Made by a program: the position numbers and the translations under genes. Below the pieces are notes generated by a model. That model saw only the letters and a program-made list of their open reading frames with translations, searched no databases and was not told the origin of the DNA. DNA of 64,000 nucleotides from an uncultured Bacilli bacterium. Lineage in GTDB: Bacteria > Bacillota_I > Bacilli_A > RF39 > UBA660. Below, one piece after another: positions 1 to 9,073 of the stretch. The stretch covers positions 3,027 through 67,026 of the forward strand of contig CANRIB010000004.1 of the NCBI GenBank assembly GCA_947630575.1. The letters are read 5' to 3'. Every line of letters begins with the position of its first letter. Position 1 is the first letter of the stretch.

Positions 1-44
1 TTTAAACGATTTTTTACGGAAATATTATCAAAAATTTGAATCAT
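1..44 (-). CDS. 5' end of an unidentified gene running off the left edge (MIQIFDNISVKNRL...)
   Basis: Minus-strand ATG at 42-44 preceded by an AAGAGGTG-type RBS. Only 14 codons are visible. Confidence 0.3.
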   Translation of the reverse strand, partial: MIQIFDNISVKNRL

Positions 45-84
45 TTTACACCTCTTAAAAAAATTATAGCAAAAAATGCAAAAT

Positions 85-98
85 GTTGCAATTGCAAC
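85..98. promoter_or_regulatory. Perfect 14-bp palindrome GTTGCAATTGCAAC upstream of nrdD (candidate operator)
   Basis: Read directly from the sequence. Lies about 70 nt upstream of the nrdD start in the promoter region. Confidence 0.3.
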
Positions 99-165
99 AA
101 GATAGTTTTTTTAAAATGTGTTATACTTGGTTCGTGATAAAAAATAAAAGTGGAGGAGTTAAACA

Positions 166-2328
166 ATGAAAATTATTAAAAGAGATGGACATATGGTAGA
201 TTATAGCCCAGAGAAAATTGAACAAGCTATAATAAAGGCTAATGCAGAGGTTGAAGAAGAGGATCAAGCAAGTCCTACCCAAATTAAAAATATAATTAAA
301 TATATAGAAAAGCTTGGTAAAAAAAGAATGCTTGTTGAAGATATTCAAGATATTATTGAAATGAAGTTAATGAGTATTGGAAAGTATGAACTTGCTAAAA
401 AATATATTACTTATAGATATACTAGAGAATTAGTTCGTAAGAGTAATACGACAGATGTATCTATTAAAGAATTAATTGATGGAGAAAGTGATTATTGGAA
501 TACTGAAAATTCTAATAAAGATGCTAAAGTTGTTACAACTCAAAGAGATTATTTAGCAGGTATTACAAGTACAGATATTACAAGAAGATTTTTACTTCCA
601 GAAGATATAGTTAAAGCCCATGATGAGGGAATTATTCATTTTCATGATGCTGATTATTTTGCCCAAAATGCTTTACATAATTGTGATTTAATTGATTTAG
701 AAGATATGCTTCAAAATGGAACAAATATTAATGGGGTAATGATTGAGAAACCACATAGATTTTTGACAGCAATGACGATTGCAACTCAGTTAATCACGGC
801 GGTTAATTCAAGTCAATATGGAGGATGTACGATTACACTTACCCATTTAGCACCTTTTGTTAGAGAAAGTTATAAACGTTATTTAGAAAAATATAAAGAA
901 AGAAAATTTAATAAAGAATTATGCGAAAAATATGCGAAAGAAGATTTAGCAAAAGAAATTACGGATGGAGTACAAACTTTTCAATATCAAATTAATTCAA
1001 TGACGACGACTAATGGACAAGCACCTTTCTTATCTGTTTGTATGTATCTTGGAGAAACTACAGAATATAAAGAAGAACTAGCAATGATTATTGAAGAAGT
1101 ATTGAAACAAAGAATTCAAGGGATGAAAAATGAAAAAGGTGTTTATATTACTCCAGCTTTTCCAAAACTTTTATATGTTCTTGAAGAAGATAATATTCAT
1201 GAGAATAGTAAATATTGGTATTTAACAGAACTTGCTGCGGAGTGTACTGCGAAGAGAATGGTGCCAGATTATATATCTGAAAAAATAATGAAACAACTTA
1301 AAATTGATAAAAATGGCAATGGACAATGCTATCCATGTATGGGATGTCGTTCTTTCTTAACTCCTTATGTAGATCAAAATGGTAAACCTAAATATTATGG
1401 AAGATTTAATCAAGGAGTTGTAACAATTAATTTGGTTGATGTTGCATTATCAAGTGATAAAGATATGGATTTATTTTGGAAGATACTTGATGAGAGATTA
1501 GAGTTATGTCATAGAGCCTTACAAATTAGACATAAAAGACTTTCTAAAGCAACAAGTGATGTAGCACCAATATTATGGCAACATGGAGCTTTAGCAAGAC
1601 TTAAGAAGGGTGAATCTATTCATGATTTACTTCATAATGGATATTCGACTATTTCTTTAGGCTATGCAGGTCTTTACGAGTGTGTTAAGTTTATGACAGG
1701 ACATTCTCATACCGATAATGGAGAAGGAAAAGAATTTGGTTTAGATGTAATGCGGAAACTTAATGAAGCTTGCAAAAAGTGGAAAGAAGCAGAAGCAATT
1801 GATTATAGTGTTTATGGTACTCCAATTGAGTCTACAACTTATAAATTTGCTAAATGTTTAAAAGAACGTTTTGGAGTTATTAAAGGAATTACAGATAGAG
1901 ATTATATTACTAATAGTTATCATGTACCTGTATTTGAAGAAATTGATGCTTTTACTAAGTTAAAACTTGAAAGTGAATTTCAAGCACTTAGTCCAGGAGG
2001 GGCAATTAGTTATATCGAAACTCCTAATTTATCAAATAATTTAGAGGCTGTTGTTGAAGTAATTAAATTTATTTATGATAATATTATGTATGCGGAACTT
2101 AATACTAAACTTGATTATTGTCATGAATGTGGATATACAGGAGAAATTTTAATTGATGATGATATGGAATGGTATTGTCCTAACTGTGGAAATAGAGATC
2201 ATGATAAAATGAATGTGGCTAGAAGAACTTGTGGATATATTGGATCTAACTTCTGGAATAAAGGAAGAACTCAAGAAATTAAAGAAAGAGTAATGCATAT
2301 AGATAATAAAGATGCAGAAACAGTTTAA
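166..2328 (+). CDS. nrdD: Anaerobic ribonucleoside-triphosphate reductase (class III RNR)
   Basis: 720 aa. N-terminal ATP-cone (KIIKRDGHMVDYSPEKI), C-terminal Zn ribbon (CHECGY...CPNCG) and glycyl-radical motif RRTCGYIG. Followed by nrdG. Confidence 0.95.
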   Translation: MKIIKRDGHMVDYSPEKIEQAIIKANAEVEEEDQASPTQIKNIIKYIEKLGKKRMLVEDIQDIIEMKLMSIGKYELAKKYITYRYTRELVRKSNTTDVSIKELIDGESDYWNTENSNKDAKVVTTQRDYLAGITSTDITRRFLLPEDIVKAHDEGIIHFHDADYFAQNALHNCDLIDLEDMLQNGTNINGVMIEKPHRFLTAMTIATQLITAVNSSQYGGCTITLTHLAPFVRESYKRYLEKYKERKFNKELCEKYAKEDLAKEITDGVQTFQYQINSMTTTNGQAPFLSVCMYLGETTEYKEELAMIIEEVLKQRIQGMKNEKGVYITPAFPKLLYVLEEDNIHENSKYWYLTELAAECTAKRMVPDYISEKIMKQLKIDKNGNGQCYPCMGCRSFLTPYVDQNGKPKYYGRFNQGVVTINLVDVALSSDKDMDLFWKILDERLELCHRALQIRHKRLSKATSDVAPILWQHGALARLKKGESIHDLLHNGYSTISLGYAGLYECVKFMTGHSHTDNGEGKEFGLDVMRKLNEACKKWKEAEAIDYSVYGTPIESTTYKFAKCLKERFGVIKGITDRDYITNSYHVPVFEEIDAFTKLKLESEFQALSPGGAISYIETPNLSNNLEAVVEVIKFIYDNIMYAELNTKLDYCHECGYTGEILIDDDMEWYCPNCGNRDHDKMNVARRTCGYIGSNFWNKGRTQEIKERVMHIDNKDAETV

Positions 2329-2330
2329 TT

Positions 2331-2840
2331 ATGAGATATAATAAAATTAGAAAAATGGATATATCTAATGGCCCAGGAGTAAGGGTTTCGATATTCATGC
2401 AGGGGTGTGTATTTAATTGTTATAATTGTTTTAATCCTGAAACTCATGACTTTAATGGGGGAAAAGAATTTACAGATGAAGTAATTGAGAGTATTATGGA
2501 TTTAGCAAGCAAAGATTATATTGTAGGTTTATCAATATTGGGAGGGGAGCCTATGCATCCTAAAAATATTGAAGGAACAACGAAGCTTGCTAAAATGTTT
2601 AAAGCAAGATATCCAGAGAAAACTGTGTGGGCTTGGACAGGTTTCTTGATGGATAGGGACTTAATGGATAAAGAAATATTAAAGTATATTGATGTCTTAG
2701 TTGATGGTCAATATAAAGATGAATTACATAGTTTTTTACTTAAATATTGTGGTTCTTCAAATCAAAGAGTAATTGATGTCCAAAAGAGTCTGAAGAAAAA
2801 TAAAATAATTTTATATGAAACAGAAAAAGCGCCAGTTTAA
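2331..2840 (+). CDS. nrdG: Anaerobic RNR activating protein (radical SAM)
   Basis: 169 aa with a Cys cluster GCVFNCYNCFNP. Immediately downstream of nrdD. Confidence 0.92.
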   Translation: MRYNKIRKMDISNGPGVRVSIFMQGCVFNCYNCFNPETHDFNGGKEFTDEVIESIMDLASKDYIVGLSILGGEPMHPKNIEGTTKLAKMFKARYPEKTVWAWTGFLMDRDLMDKEILKYIDVLVDGQYKDELHSFLLKYCGSSNQRVIDVQKSLKKNKIILYETEKAPV

Positions 2841-2851
2841 TGGGGCTTTTT
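2826..2851 (+). terminator. Candidate intrinsic terminator overlapping the nrdG stop
   Basis: AAAGCGCC...GGGGCTTT stem followed by a T run. Confidence 0.4.
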
Positions 2852-3005
2852 AAGTGCGAAATTTGTCGAAACAATTATGTTGAAATAAAAGTATTTTTGG
2901 TGTTAAAATATTTATAGAGTGTTAGGAAAGACGTCTACTAATTTATTAATACTACCTCCCTAAGCGAAAGCTAAAAACCCTGGGGTTTTGGAGAAAGGAG
3001 TACTG

Positions 3006-3143
3006 ATGATATTAGCCAAACTAAAAGAGATTTTAGTTATGATAAAAGGTTTATCTAAGGATAAACAAAAAAAGGCGTCTACCACCATCATCATTGTTAA
3101 AGACAACAAAGAGGCGGTGAACGTCTACCTAAACCATAAGTAG
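3006..3143 (+). CDS. Possible 45-aa small ORF (MILAKLKEILVMIKGLSKDKQKKASTTIIIVKDNKEAVNVYLNHK)
   Basis: AAAGGAG RBS about 7 nt upstream of the ATG. Enclosed by a long-range inverted repeat (2919-2938 / 3140-3160). No recognisable family. Confidence 0.25.
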   Translation: MILAKLKEILVMIKGLSKDKQKKASTTIIIVKDNKEAVNVYLNHK

Positions 3144-3230
3144 ATGTTTATTCCTAACATTCTACAATTTGATTTTAACATATTATAATATGATTTGTAA
3201 ATAGATAAGTTAAAGAAAAATAAATAACTA

Positions 3231-3326
3231 AGTGTTGTAGTTTTCTTGTATATGATATGCGGTAATTATAAAATTTCAGTGGATTATTTGTTAGGTAGAG
3301 TTAATAGTCCAAAGAGTTTTAAATAG
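3231..3326 (+). pseudogene. 3' remnant of an XRE-family HTH gene
   Basis: Translates to ...FLYMICGNYKISVDYLLGRVNSPKSFK*. This closely matches the C-terminus (FLYTICKKYNISADYLLGRTDNPKY) of the XRE gene at 12309-12776. There is an upstream in-frame stop and no N-terminal part. Confidence 0.5.
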
Positions 3327-3385
3327 GTTATACAAATTAAAGTATAACTTTTTTTAATTTTTTCATAATAAGAATGGAGGTAAAC

Positions 3386-3823
3386 ATGAATAGAGAAGAA
3401 TATCAAAAATTAGTAAAAAAGCATGAACCTAAAGAAAATAAATTAGAAAATACGATTTATTCCTTTTTAATTGGAGGTTCCATTGGCTTTTTGGTAGAAG
3501 GTATTATACAAGTAATAATGAATATTTTTACAATTGGTAGAATAGAAGCTGGTACTTGGGCTTGTTTAATTGTTATTTTTGTTTCATCTTTATTTACCGC
3601 GCTTGGTTTTTTTGATGATTGGATGAGTAAAGCAAAAGCGGGATTATTACTACCAACAACAGGATTTGCCCACTCAGTTTCAAGTAGTGCTCTTGATTAT
3701 AAAAGAGAGGGTTTAATTACAGGTTTAGGTTCTAATTTTTTTAAACTAGCAGGAAGTGTTATTCTTTATGGAATATTAAGTGCTTTTGTTTTAGTGATAG
3801 TGAAGGTGATTATAGGTGGCTAG
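3386..3823 (+). CDS. spoVAC: Stage V sporulation protein AC
   Basis: Small 4-TM protein in the conserved spoVAC-AD-AE order. GGAGGT RBS before the ATG at 3386 (ORF track starts at 3374). Confidence 0.88.
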   Translation: MNREEYQKLVKKHEPKENKLENTIYSFLIGGSIGFLVEGIIQVIMNIFTIGRIEAGTWACLIVIFVSSLFTALGFFDDWMSKAKAGLLLPTTGFAHSVSSSALDYKREGLITGLGSNFFKLAGSVILYGILSAFVLVIVKVIIGG

Positions 3824-4790
3824 TAAAAAGTTTAATAATGTTTATATTAAAGATAATGTTTCAATTGTAGGACCTTTAGAGAAAGAAGGTTTACTTAAAA
3901 ATTATGATTTTTCTATAGATGATTATTATTATGGAGAAAAAACTTTTGAACAAGCGGAAATTAAAATGCAAAATGTGGTTTTAGATAATTTGCTTAATTA
4001 TAATAAATTAACAGATAGTAAGATAGATTTGTTAATTGGGGGAGATTTAGTTAATCAGATTAGTATTTCAGGATATAATGCTTCTAAGTATAGGATTCCT
4101 TTTTTAGGAGTTTATAGTGCTTGTGCTTCATATGTGGAAGAACTTATTATTGGATCTTCTTTTATAAGTAGTAAATTAGCTAAAAGAGTTGTTGCTATAA
4201 CTAGTAGTCATAATTTAAATGCGGAAAGACAATTTAGATATCCAGTAGAATATGGGGCAATAAAAAAACATACAACAACTTTTACAACAACAGGAGCAGT
4301 TGCTACTTTGTTAACTAATGAAGAAACGGGAATTAAAATAGAAAGTGCAACAATTGGAAAAGCTATTGATATGGGGATTAAAGATACTAATAATATGGGA
4401 GCAGTTATGGCACCAGCGGCGGCAGATGTTTTAAATACTCATTTAGTGGAAATGAAAAGAAATGTTAATTATTATGATCTTATTTTGACGGGAGATTTAG
4501 GTTTAGTAGGAAAAGAGATATTTACAGAGATGCTAGATAAAGTATATGATATTAGAATAAAAAAATATATGGATGCAGGTTCTGAAATATATACAAGTTC
4601 CCAAGAAACATATGCGGGAGCTAGTGGACCAGTTGCATTACCATTAGTATTATTTGATAAAGTATTAAATTGTAAAAAATATAAAAAGATATTGGTTATT
4701 GCAACGGGTTCTTTACAATCTGTACAGTTAGCTAATCAAAAGTTAGGGATTCCTGGAATTGCTCATGCGATTAGTTTGGAGGTTTCATAA
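3816..4790 (+). CDS. spoVAD: Stage V sporulation protein AD (thiolase-like fold)
   Basis: 324 aa with a GTG start overlapping the spoVAC stop. Typical SpoVAD length and position. Confidence 0.88.
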   Translation: MASKKFNNVYIKDNVSIVGPLEKEGLLKNYDFSIDDYYYGEKTFEQAEIKMQNVVLDNLLNYNKLTDSKIDLLIGGDLVNQISISGYNASKYRIPFLGVYSACASYVEELIIGSSFISSKLAKRVVAITSSHNLNAERQFRYPVEYGAIKKHTTTFTTTGAVATLLTNEETGIKIESATIGKAIDMGIKDTNNMGAVMAPAAADVLNTHLVEMKRNVNYYDLILTGDLGLVGKEIFTEMLDKVYDIRIKKYMDAGSEIYTSSQETYAGASGPVALPLVLFDKVLNCKKYKKILVIATGSLQSVQLANQKLGIPGIAHAISLEVS

Positions 4791-5140
4791 TGATATTTAT
4801 TTGGGCTTTTTTAGTCGCGGGTTTAATGTGTGCTGTAGCACAAATTATTCTTGATAATACAAAGTTTACACCGGGACATATAACAACTTTATTTACAGTT
4901 TTAGGAGCAATATTAGCTTTCTTTGGAATATATGATAAATTAATAGAATTTGCAGGAGGAGGAGCAACAACAATAATTTCCAATTTTGGTTATCTTCTTT
5001 ATACAGGAGCTTTAGAGGGGTATAAAGAGATGGGAATATTAGGAATTTTTACAGGATTACTTACTAAAGGAAGTGCGGCTATTGTGGGAGCAGTAGTATT
5101 CGCGGCTATTATGGCATTAATTTTTAAACCAAAGGACTAA
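4790..5140 (+). CDS. spoVAE: Stage V sporulation protein AE (AEB-type)
   Basis: 116-aa polytopic membrane protein, translationally coupled to spoVAD (TAATG overlap). Confidence 0.82.
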   Translation: MIFIWAFLVAGLMCAVAQIILDNTKFTPGHITTLFTVLGAILAFFGIYDKLIEFAGGGATTIISNFGYLLYTGALEGYKEMGILGIFTGLLTKGSAAIVGAVVFAAIMALIFKPKD

Positions 5141-5199
5141 TTAGTTCTTTTTATTTGTTTTATTTTTTGATATAATAAGATTAATAAGAAGGGATAATT

Positions 5200-6150
5200 A
5201 TGGCCAAACAGAAAATAAAAAACTTTAAATTGGAACAGGAAGAGTTAAAACCTGTTACGATAGGGGTTTTTGAAAGTAGAAAAAAAAGTTCAGTTAGTAT
5301 ATTTATTATTTTGACAACTTTTATTGTATTAGTTTTATTTTTACCTCAGATATCAGATTTATATAATAAGTATTTTAATTCTGATGAAGTTGAAATTCCT
5401 GAAGGAGGAAAATTAGAACCAATTAAACCACCAAGCGATGATGAAGAAGATGAGGATTATCATGATACTTTCTATGATTATGCGATAGATTTAAAAATAG
5501 AAAGAGAAGATATTACAGTTGGAGATTTTGTGGTTGATACTGTAAATAATACTTTAGGTTTTAAAGTAACAAATAATTTGAGTACAAGTATAATTTTGAG
5601 TGATTTAGATTATTATTTGGAATTATATACGGAAGATCATACTTTATTAGAAAGACTTAAAATAACTGGTGATGCGATAGATGTAGGTGGCAGTAATAAT
5701 TATAAAAAACAATTGAGTACAGGAGTGGCTTTAGATTTTAAATCCTTTGTGTTAGTAAAGATAGATCAAAATGATTATCCTGCAGTTAATTTAACTTTGG
5801 ATGAAAATGGAAATAGTGCTTTAGTTTGTAGTAGACCTCATGAAACAGTAACATATAAATTTACAGATAATTTATTAAAAGAAGTTTCTAGTGAAATTGT
5901 TTATGCAGTTACAGATAATGATTATACAACTTATGCTTCACAGTATCGTAATCAAGCGACAACTTATAATGGTAGACCGGGTATTACTTCAACATTTTTA
6001 GATATTAATGGAGCTTTTACAGTTTCAACAGCAGTGGATTTAAGTAAAGCCGAAAGAATGACAATTTTTAATGCTGATACGTTTAGAACTGATACAGAAG
6101 CAAAAATAGTTAATTTTGAGATGGAGGCTCAAGGGTTTGATTGTGAGTAA
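5200..6150 (+). CDS. Membrane-anchored hypothetical protein with acidic linker
   Basis: 316 aa. One N-terminal TM helix, a DDEEDED linker and a beta-rich ectodomain. No recognisable family. Confidence 0.55.
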   Translation: MAKQKIKNFKLEQEELKPVTIGVFESRKKSSVSIFIILTTFIVLVLFLPQISDLYNKYFNSDEVEIPEGGKLEPIKPPSDDEEDEDYHDTFYDYAIDLKIEREDITVGDFVVDTVNNTLGFKVTNNLSTSIILSDLDYYLELYTEDHTLLERLKITGDAIDVGGSNNYKKQLSTGVALDFKSFVLVKIDQNDYPAVNLTLDENGNSALVCSRPHETVTYKFTDNLLKEVSSEIVYAVTDNDYTTYASQYRNQATTYNGRPGITSTFLDINGAFTVSTAVDLSKAERMTIFNADTFRTDTEAKIVNFEMEAQGFDCE

Positions 6151-6168
6151 CAACTTAAGATAAAGGAA

Positions 6169-6915
6169 GTGACTAAAATGGAATATAAATTTTGTATTAA
6201 TGATTTTGAGGGTCCATTAGACCTTCTTTTGCATTTAGTTAAAACTTCAAAAATGGATATTTATGATATAGATATAAAAGTTATTATTGATGAATATTTG
6301 GTTTTTATTGAAAATGAAAAGAATAAAAATATTGATATAGCAAGTTCATATTTGGTTATGGCTGCAGAATTAATACATTTGAAGAGTAAAATGTTAGTTA
6401 ATGATGATACAGTAGATGCCGGAGATGAAAGTGACGATTTTCATATTACTAGTGAAGAAGATTTAAAAAGAAAAATTATTGAATATGAAAAATATAAGAA
6501 AATATCAGAAACTTTAGAAGAACAAATGAATAAGAGAAATAATTTTTATACGAAAAGTCCTTCTAAATTAGAAGAAATTGTCGATAATTCGAAAGTTAAT
6601 TTGGGGGATGTTGATGCTCAGGATTTAGTGCAGGCATTAAAAAATATTATGGCAAGAGAGAAATATCAAAAGCCGCTTAATACCAAAATTACTAAAAAAG
6701 AATATAGTGTAGAAAAAAGAATTGGAGATATAAGAAAAATACTTACGGTTAGAGATAAAATTGAGTTTGGAGAGTTGTTTCCAGAACATGATAAAGATTT
6801 TTTGATTGTGACATTTTTATCGGTTTTAACTATGAGTAAAAATGAAGAAATTATTTTAACGCAGGAAGATAATTTTCGACCTATTATGGTAGAAAGGAGA
6901 ACTTTAAGTGAATAA
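6169..6915 (+). CDS. scpA: Segregation and condensation protein A
   Basis: N-terminal FEGPLDLLLHL motif and pairing with scpB. An alternative ATG lies at 6178. Confidence 0.9.
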   Translation: MTKMEYKFCINDFEGPLDLLLHLVKTSKMDIYDIDIKVIIDEYLVFIENEKNKNIDIASSYLVMAAELIHLKSKMLVNDDTVDAGDESDDFHITSEEDLKRKIIEYEKYKKISETLEEQMNKRNNFYTKSPSKLEEIVDNSKVNLGDVDAQDLVQALKNIMAREKYQKPLNTKITKKEYSVEKRIGDIRKILTVRDKIEFGELFPEHDKDFLIVTFLSVLTMSKNEEIILTQEDNFRPIMVERRTLSE

Positions 6916-7486
6916 ATTAGGAATATTAGAAGGAATACTTTTTGTGGTAGGAGATGAAGGTATTACTTTAAATAATTTATGTGAAGTTATGGCTATTACA
7001 ACTGAAGAAGCAAAAGACTTGTTATTAAAACTTAAAAGTAGTTATGAAGATAGTAATCGAGGGATAAGAATAAGTTATTTAGGGGATGCTTTTAAATTAA
7101 CTACTAAAGAAGAACATAAAGAATATTATCAAAAATTAATAGAGAATCCTGATGCTAATACTCTTAGTCCATCAACTTTAGAAGTGCTTGCGATAATCGC
7201 ATATAATCAACCAATTACAAGAGTAGAAATAGATGAGATGCGAGGGGTTCAAAGTGCATATATTGTTAGAAGATTAGTTGCTAAAGGACTTGTAAAAGAA
7301 GCAGGTAAATCAAAATTACCTGGAAGACCAAATATGTACCGAACTACAAGAGAATTTTTGGACTGTTTTGGCCTTGCAAGTTTAAATGAACTGCCAGAGT
7401 TTACTCCTGAAGTCGAAGAAAAAGAAGAAGAAACAGAATTATTTACATCTATTTATAAAGAGGAAGATAATGAATTGGGAGTTTAA
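6908..7486 (+). CDS. scpB: Segregation and condensation protein B
   Basis: ILEGILFVVGDEGITL..., LEVLAIIAYNQPITRVEI and PGRPNMYRTT motifs. Confidence 0.9.
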   Translation: MNKLGILEGILFVVGDEGITLNNLCEVMAITTEEAKDLLLKLKSSYEDSNRGIRISYLGDAFKLTTKEEHKEYYQKLIENPDANTLSPSTLEVLAIIAYNQPITRVEIDEMRGVQSAYIVRRLVAKGLVKEAGKSKLPGRPNMYRTTREFLDCFGLASLNELPEFTPEVEEKEEETELFTSIYKEEDNELGV

Positions 7487-8087
7487 GCATGTTTTAAGGG
7501 AAGAAAAGTTTGAAAACTTTAGAGAAATGAATATTACCGGAATATTGTTTAATAAAGAAATTCTTACTAATGAAGAATTGAAGTTTCAGACTTTAAGAGA
7601 GGTTTGTTTTCAAAATGTAAAGTTTGTTAGTTGTACGTGGGATAATGTTTTTTTGGCTAAAGTTAAGTTTGTTAATTGTGAATTTTTAAATGTTAATGTG
7701 GGAGAGTCTAATTTTAATAAAGTAGAATTTATTAATTGTAAGTTTACCAATGTAAGTTTTTTTGAAGATAATTTAGGTGATTTAGAGCTTAAAGAAAGTA
7801 TTATGCAGTATTCTAAATGGGAGAATACTAAAATAGATAATAGTAAGTGGGATGGAATTAATTTAAAAGAAAATATTTTTAGACATAATAAATTTAAAAA
7901 AATGGAGTTTTATAAATGTGAGTTTAGTTTGGATAATTTTATTGATACTAAATTTATAGATTGTGATTTAAAGACTAGTCATTTTAAAGGGGTTAATATT
8001 AATATAGATGAATTAGTTAGTTCAAAATTATCAATACTTAATATGATAGAAATTGTGGGAGATAAAGGAATTATTTTGGAAGACTAA
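7470..8087 (+). CDS. Pentapeptide-repeat protein
   Basis: Repeats of the A(D/N)LxX type (NVKFVSCTWDNVFLAKVKFVNCEFLNVNVGESNFNKVEFINCKF...). Likely start is MNWEF at 7470 with an AGAGGAAG RBS. The upstream part of ORF 7386 is an scpB overlap artefact. Confidence 0.8.
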   Translation: MNWEFKHVLREEKFENFREMNITGILFNKEILTNEELKFQTLREVCFQNVKFVSCTWDNVFLAKVKFVNCEFLNVNVGESNFNKVEFINCKFTNVSFFEDNLGDLELKESIMQYSKWENTKIDNSKWDGINLKENIFRHNKFKKMEFYKCEFSLDNFIDTKFIDCDLKTSHFKGVNINIDELVSSKLSILNMIEIVGDKGIILED

Positions 8088-8134
8088 AGGAAATGTCTTC
8101 TTTTTTTTGAAAGATTATGTTATAATTAATTTGC

Positions 8135-8221
8135 GCTTGTGTGGCGGAATTGGTAGACGCACCAGACTCAAAATCTGGCGAGGTTAAACTCATGTGGGTT
8201 CAAGTCCCACCATAAGCACCA
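8135..8221 (+). tRNA. tRNA-Leu (anticodon CAA), CCA encoded
   Basis: 7-bp acceptor stem GCTTGTG/CATAAGC with one G-U pair. Anticodon loop CT-CAA-AA, long variable arm, GGTTCAAGTCC T-arm and terminal ACCA. Confidence 0.9.
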
Positions 8222-8426
8222 AATAAATTTTTATCCCTGTGTTAATATGGGGTTTTTATTTGAAATATTTTTTAAATATAATATTAAATTTTTGATTAGT
8301 AAATTATCTTTTTAAGATTACATTAATTGTGATAAGATAAATTTAATGTTAGACAAGCAGTTAAGTTTTGGTTTTTCTTTTAAATTTTGTTGGTATATTT
8401 ATAATTATAAGGTATAATTATTATTA

Positions 8427-9026
8427 GTGATAGATATGATAGGATTAATTATTAGTGTTTTTGTATTATTTTTAATATGGGCATATTTAATGGATGAAGG
8501 AAAACTGGATTGGATAGATAAAAAAGTTTATCAGAAAATGAATATTAAAGAGCCTTGGATTAGTTTTTTTAAGATATTTACTAATTTAGCTAGTACAATA
8601 TTTTTTGTAATTGTTTGTGTTCTTTTGGTGTTATTTTTAAAAAATAAAAAATTGGCTTTATTTATAAGTGTATTAATGATTTTTGATAGTATTTTAGTAT
8701 ATACATTTAAACATCTTTTTAAAAGAGAAAGACCAAATATTAAAAGATTAGTAAAGGAAAAGGGTTTTAGTTATCCATCAGGGCATTCAACTAGTTCAGT
8801 TTGTTTTTATGGATTTATGATTTTTTTATTAGGAATTAGTTCTCTTTCTTGGCCTATTAAAATAATACTTGATATTAGTTTAATTTTACTTATTTTATTA
8901 ATTGGTTATAGTAGAGTTTTTTTAGGAGTACATTATTTTAGTGATGTAGTAGGGGGATTATTATTGGGCAGTAGTTATATACTTTTATTTGTCTACTTAA
9001 TGAAGAGTTTTATAAATATTCTTTGA
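8427..9026 (+). CDS. PAP2-family lipid phosphatase (undecaprenyl-PP / PG-phosphate phosphatase-like)
   Basis: Motifs KHLFKRERP, PSGHS and SRVFLGVHYFSD. Polytopic membrane protein. Confidence 0.85.
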   Translation: MIDMIGLIISVFVLFLIWAYLMDEGKLDWIDKKVYQKMNIKEPWISFFKIFTNLASTIFFVIVCVLLVLFLKNKKLALFISVLMIFDSILVYTFKHLFKRERPNIKRLVKEKGFSYPSGHSTSSVCFYGFMIFLLGISSLSWPIKIILDISLILLILLIGYSRVFLGVHYFSDVVGGLLLGSSYILLFVYLMKSFINIL

Positions 9027-9073
9027 GTTTCCATACTTTGCGTGTTATAATTAATTAGGGTAAGGAGATTTGC

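Noticed and set aside
60-130. NrdR-box pair upstream of nrdD
   Set aside because: Only one palindrome (GTTGCAATTGCAAC) is evident. I could not recognise two properly spaced 16-bp NrdR boxes, so I report the palindrome without assigning it to NrdR.
121-348. 75-aa minus-strand ORF overlapping the nrdD start
   Set aside because: It is antisense to a confidently identified gene, has no RBS, and has the low-complexity composition expected from the complement of AT-rich coding DNA.
7386-7469. N-terminal extension of the pentapeptide-repeat ORF, including a KKKKKK run
   Set aside because: This part overlaps the scpB 3' end in another frame. A proper RBS precedes the ATG at 7470.
8222-8426. tRNA-Leu 3' flank as an integration site (attB/attL)
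   Set aside because: There is no duplicated tRNA 3' end, no integrase gene, and no direct repeat of the tRNA terminus in the window.
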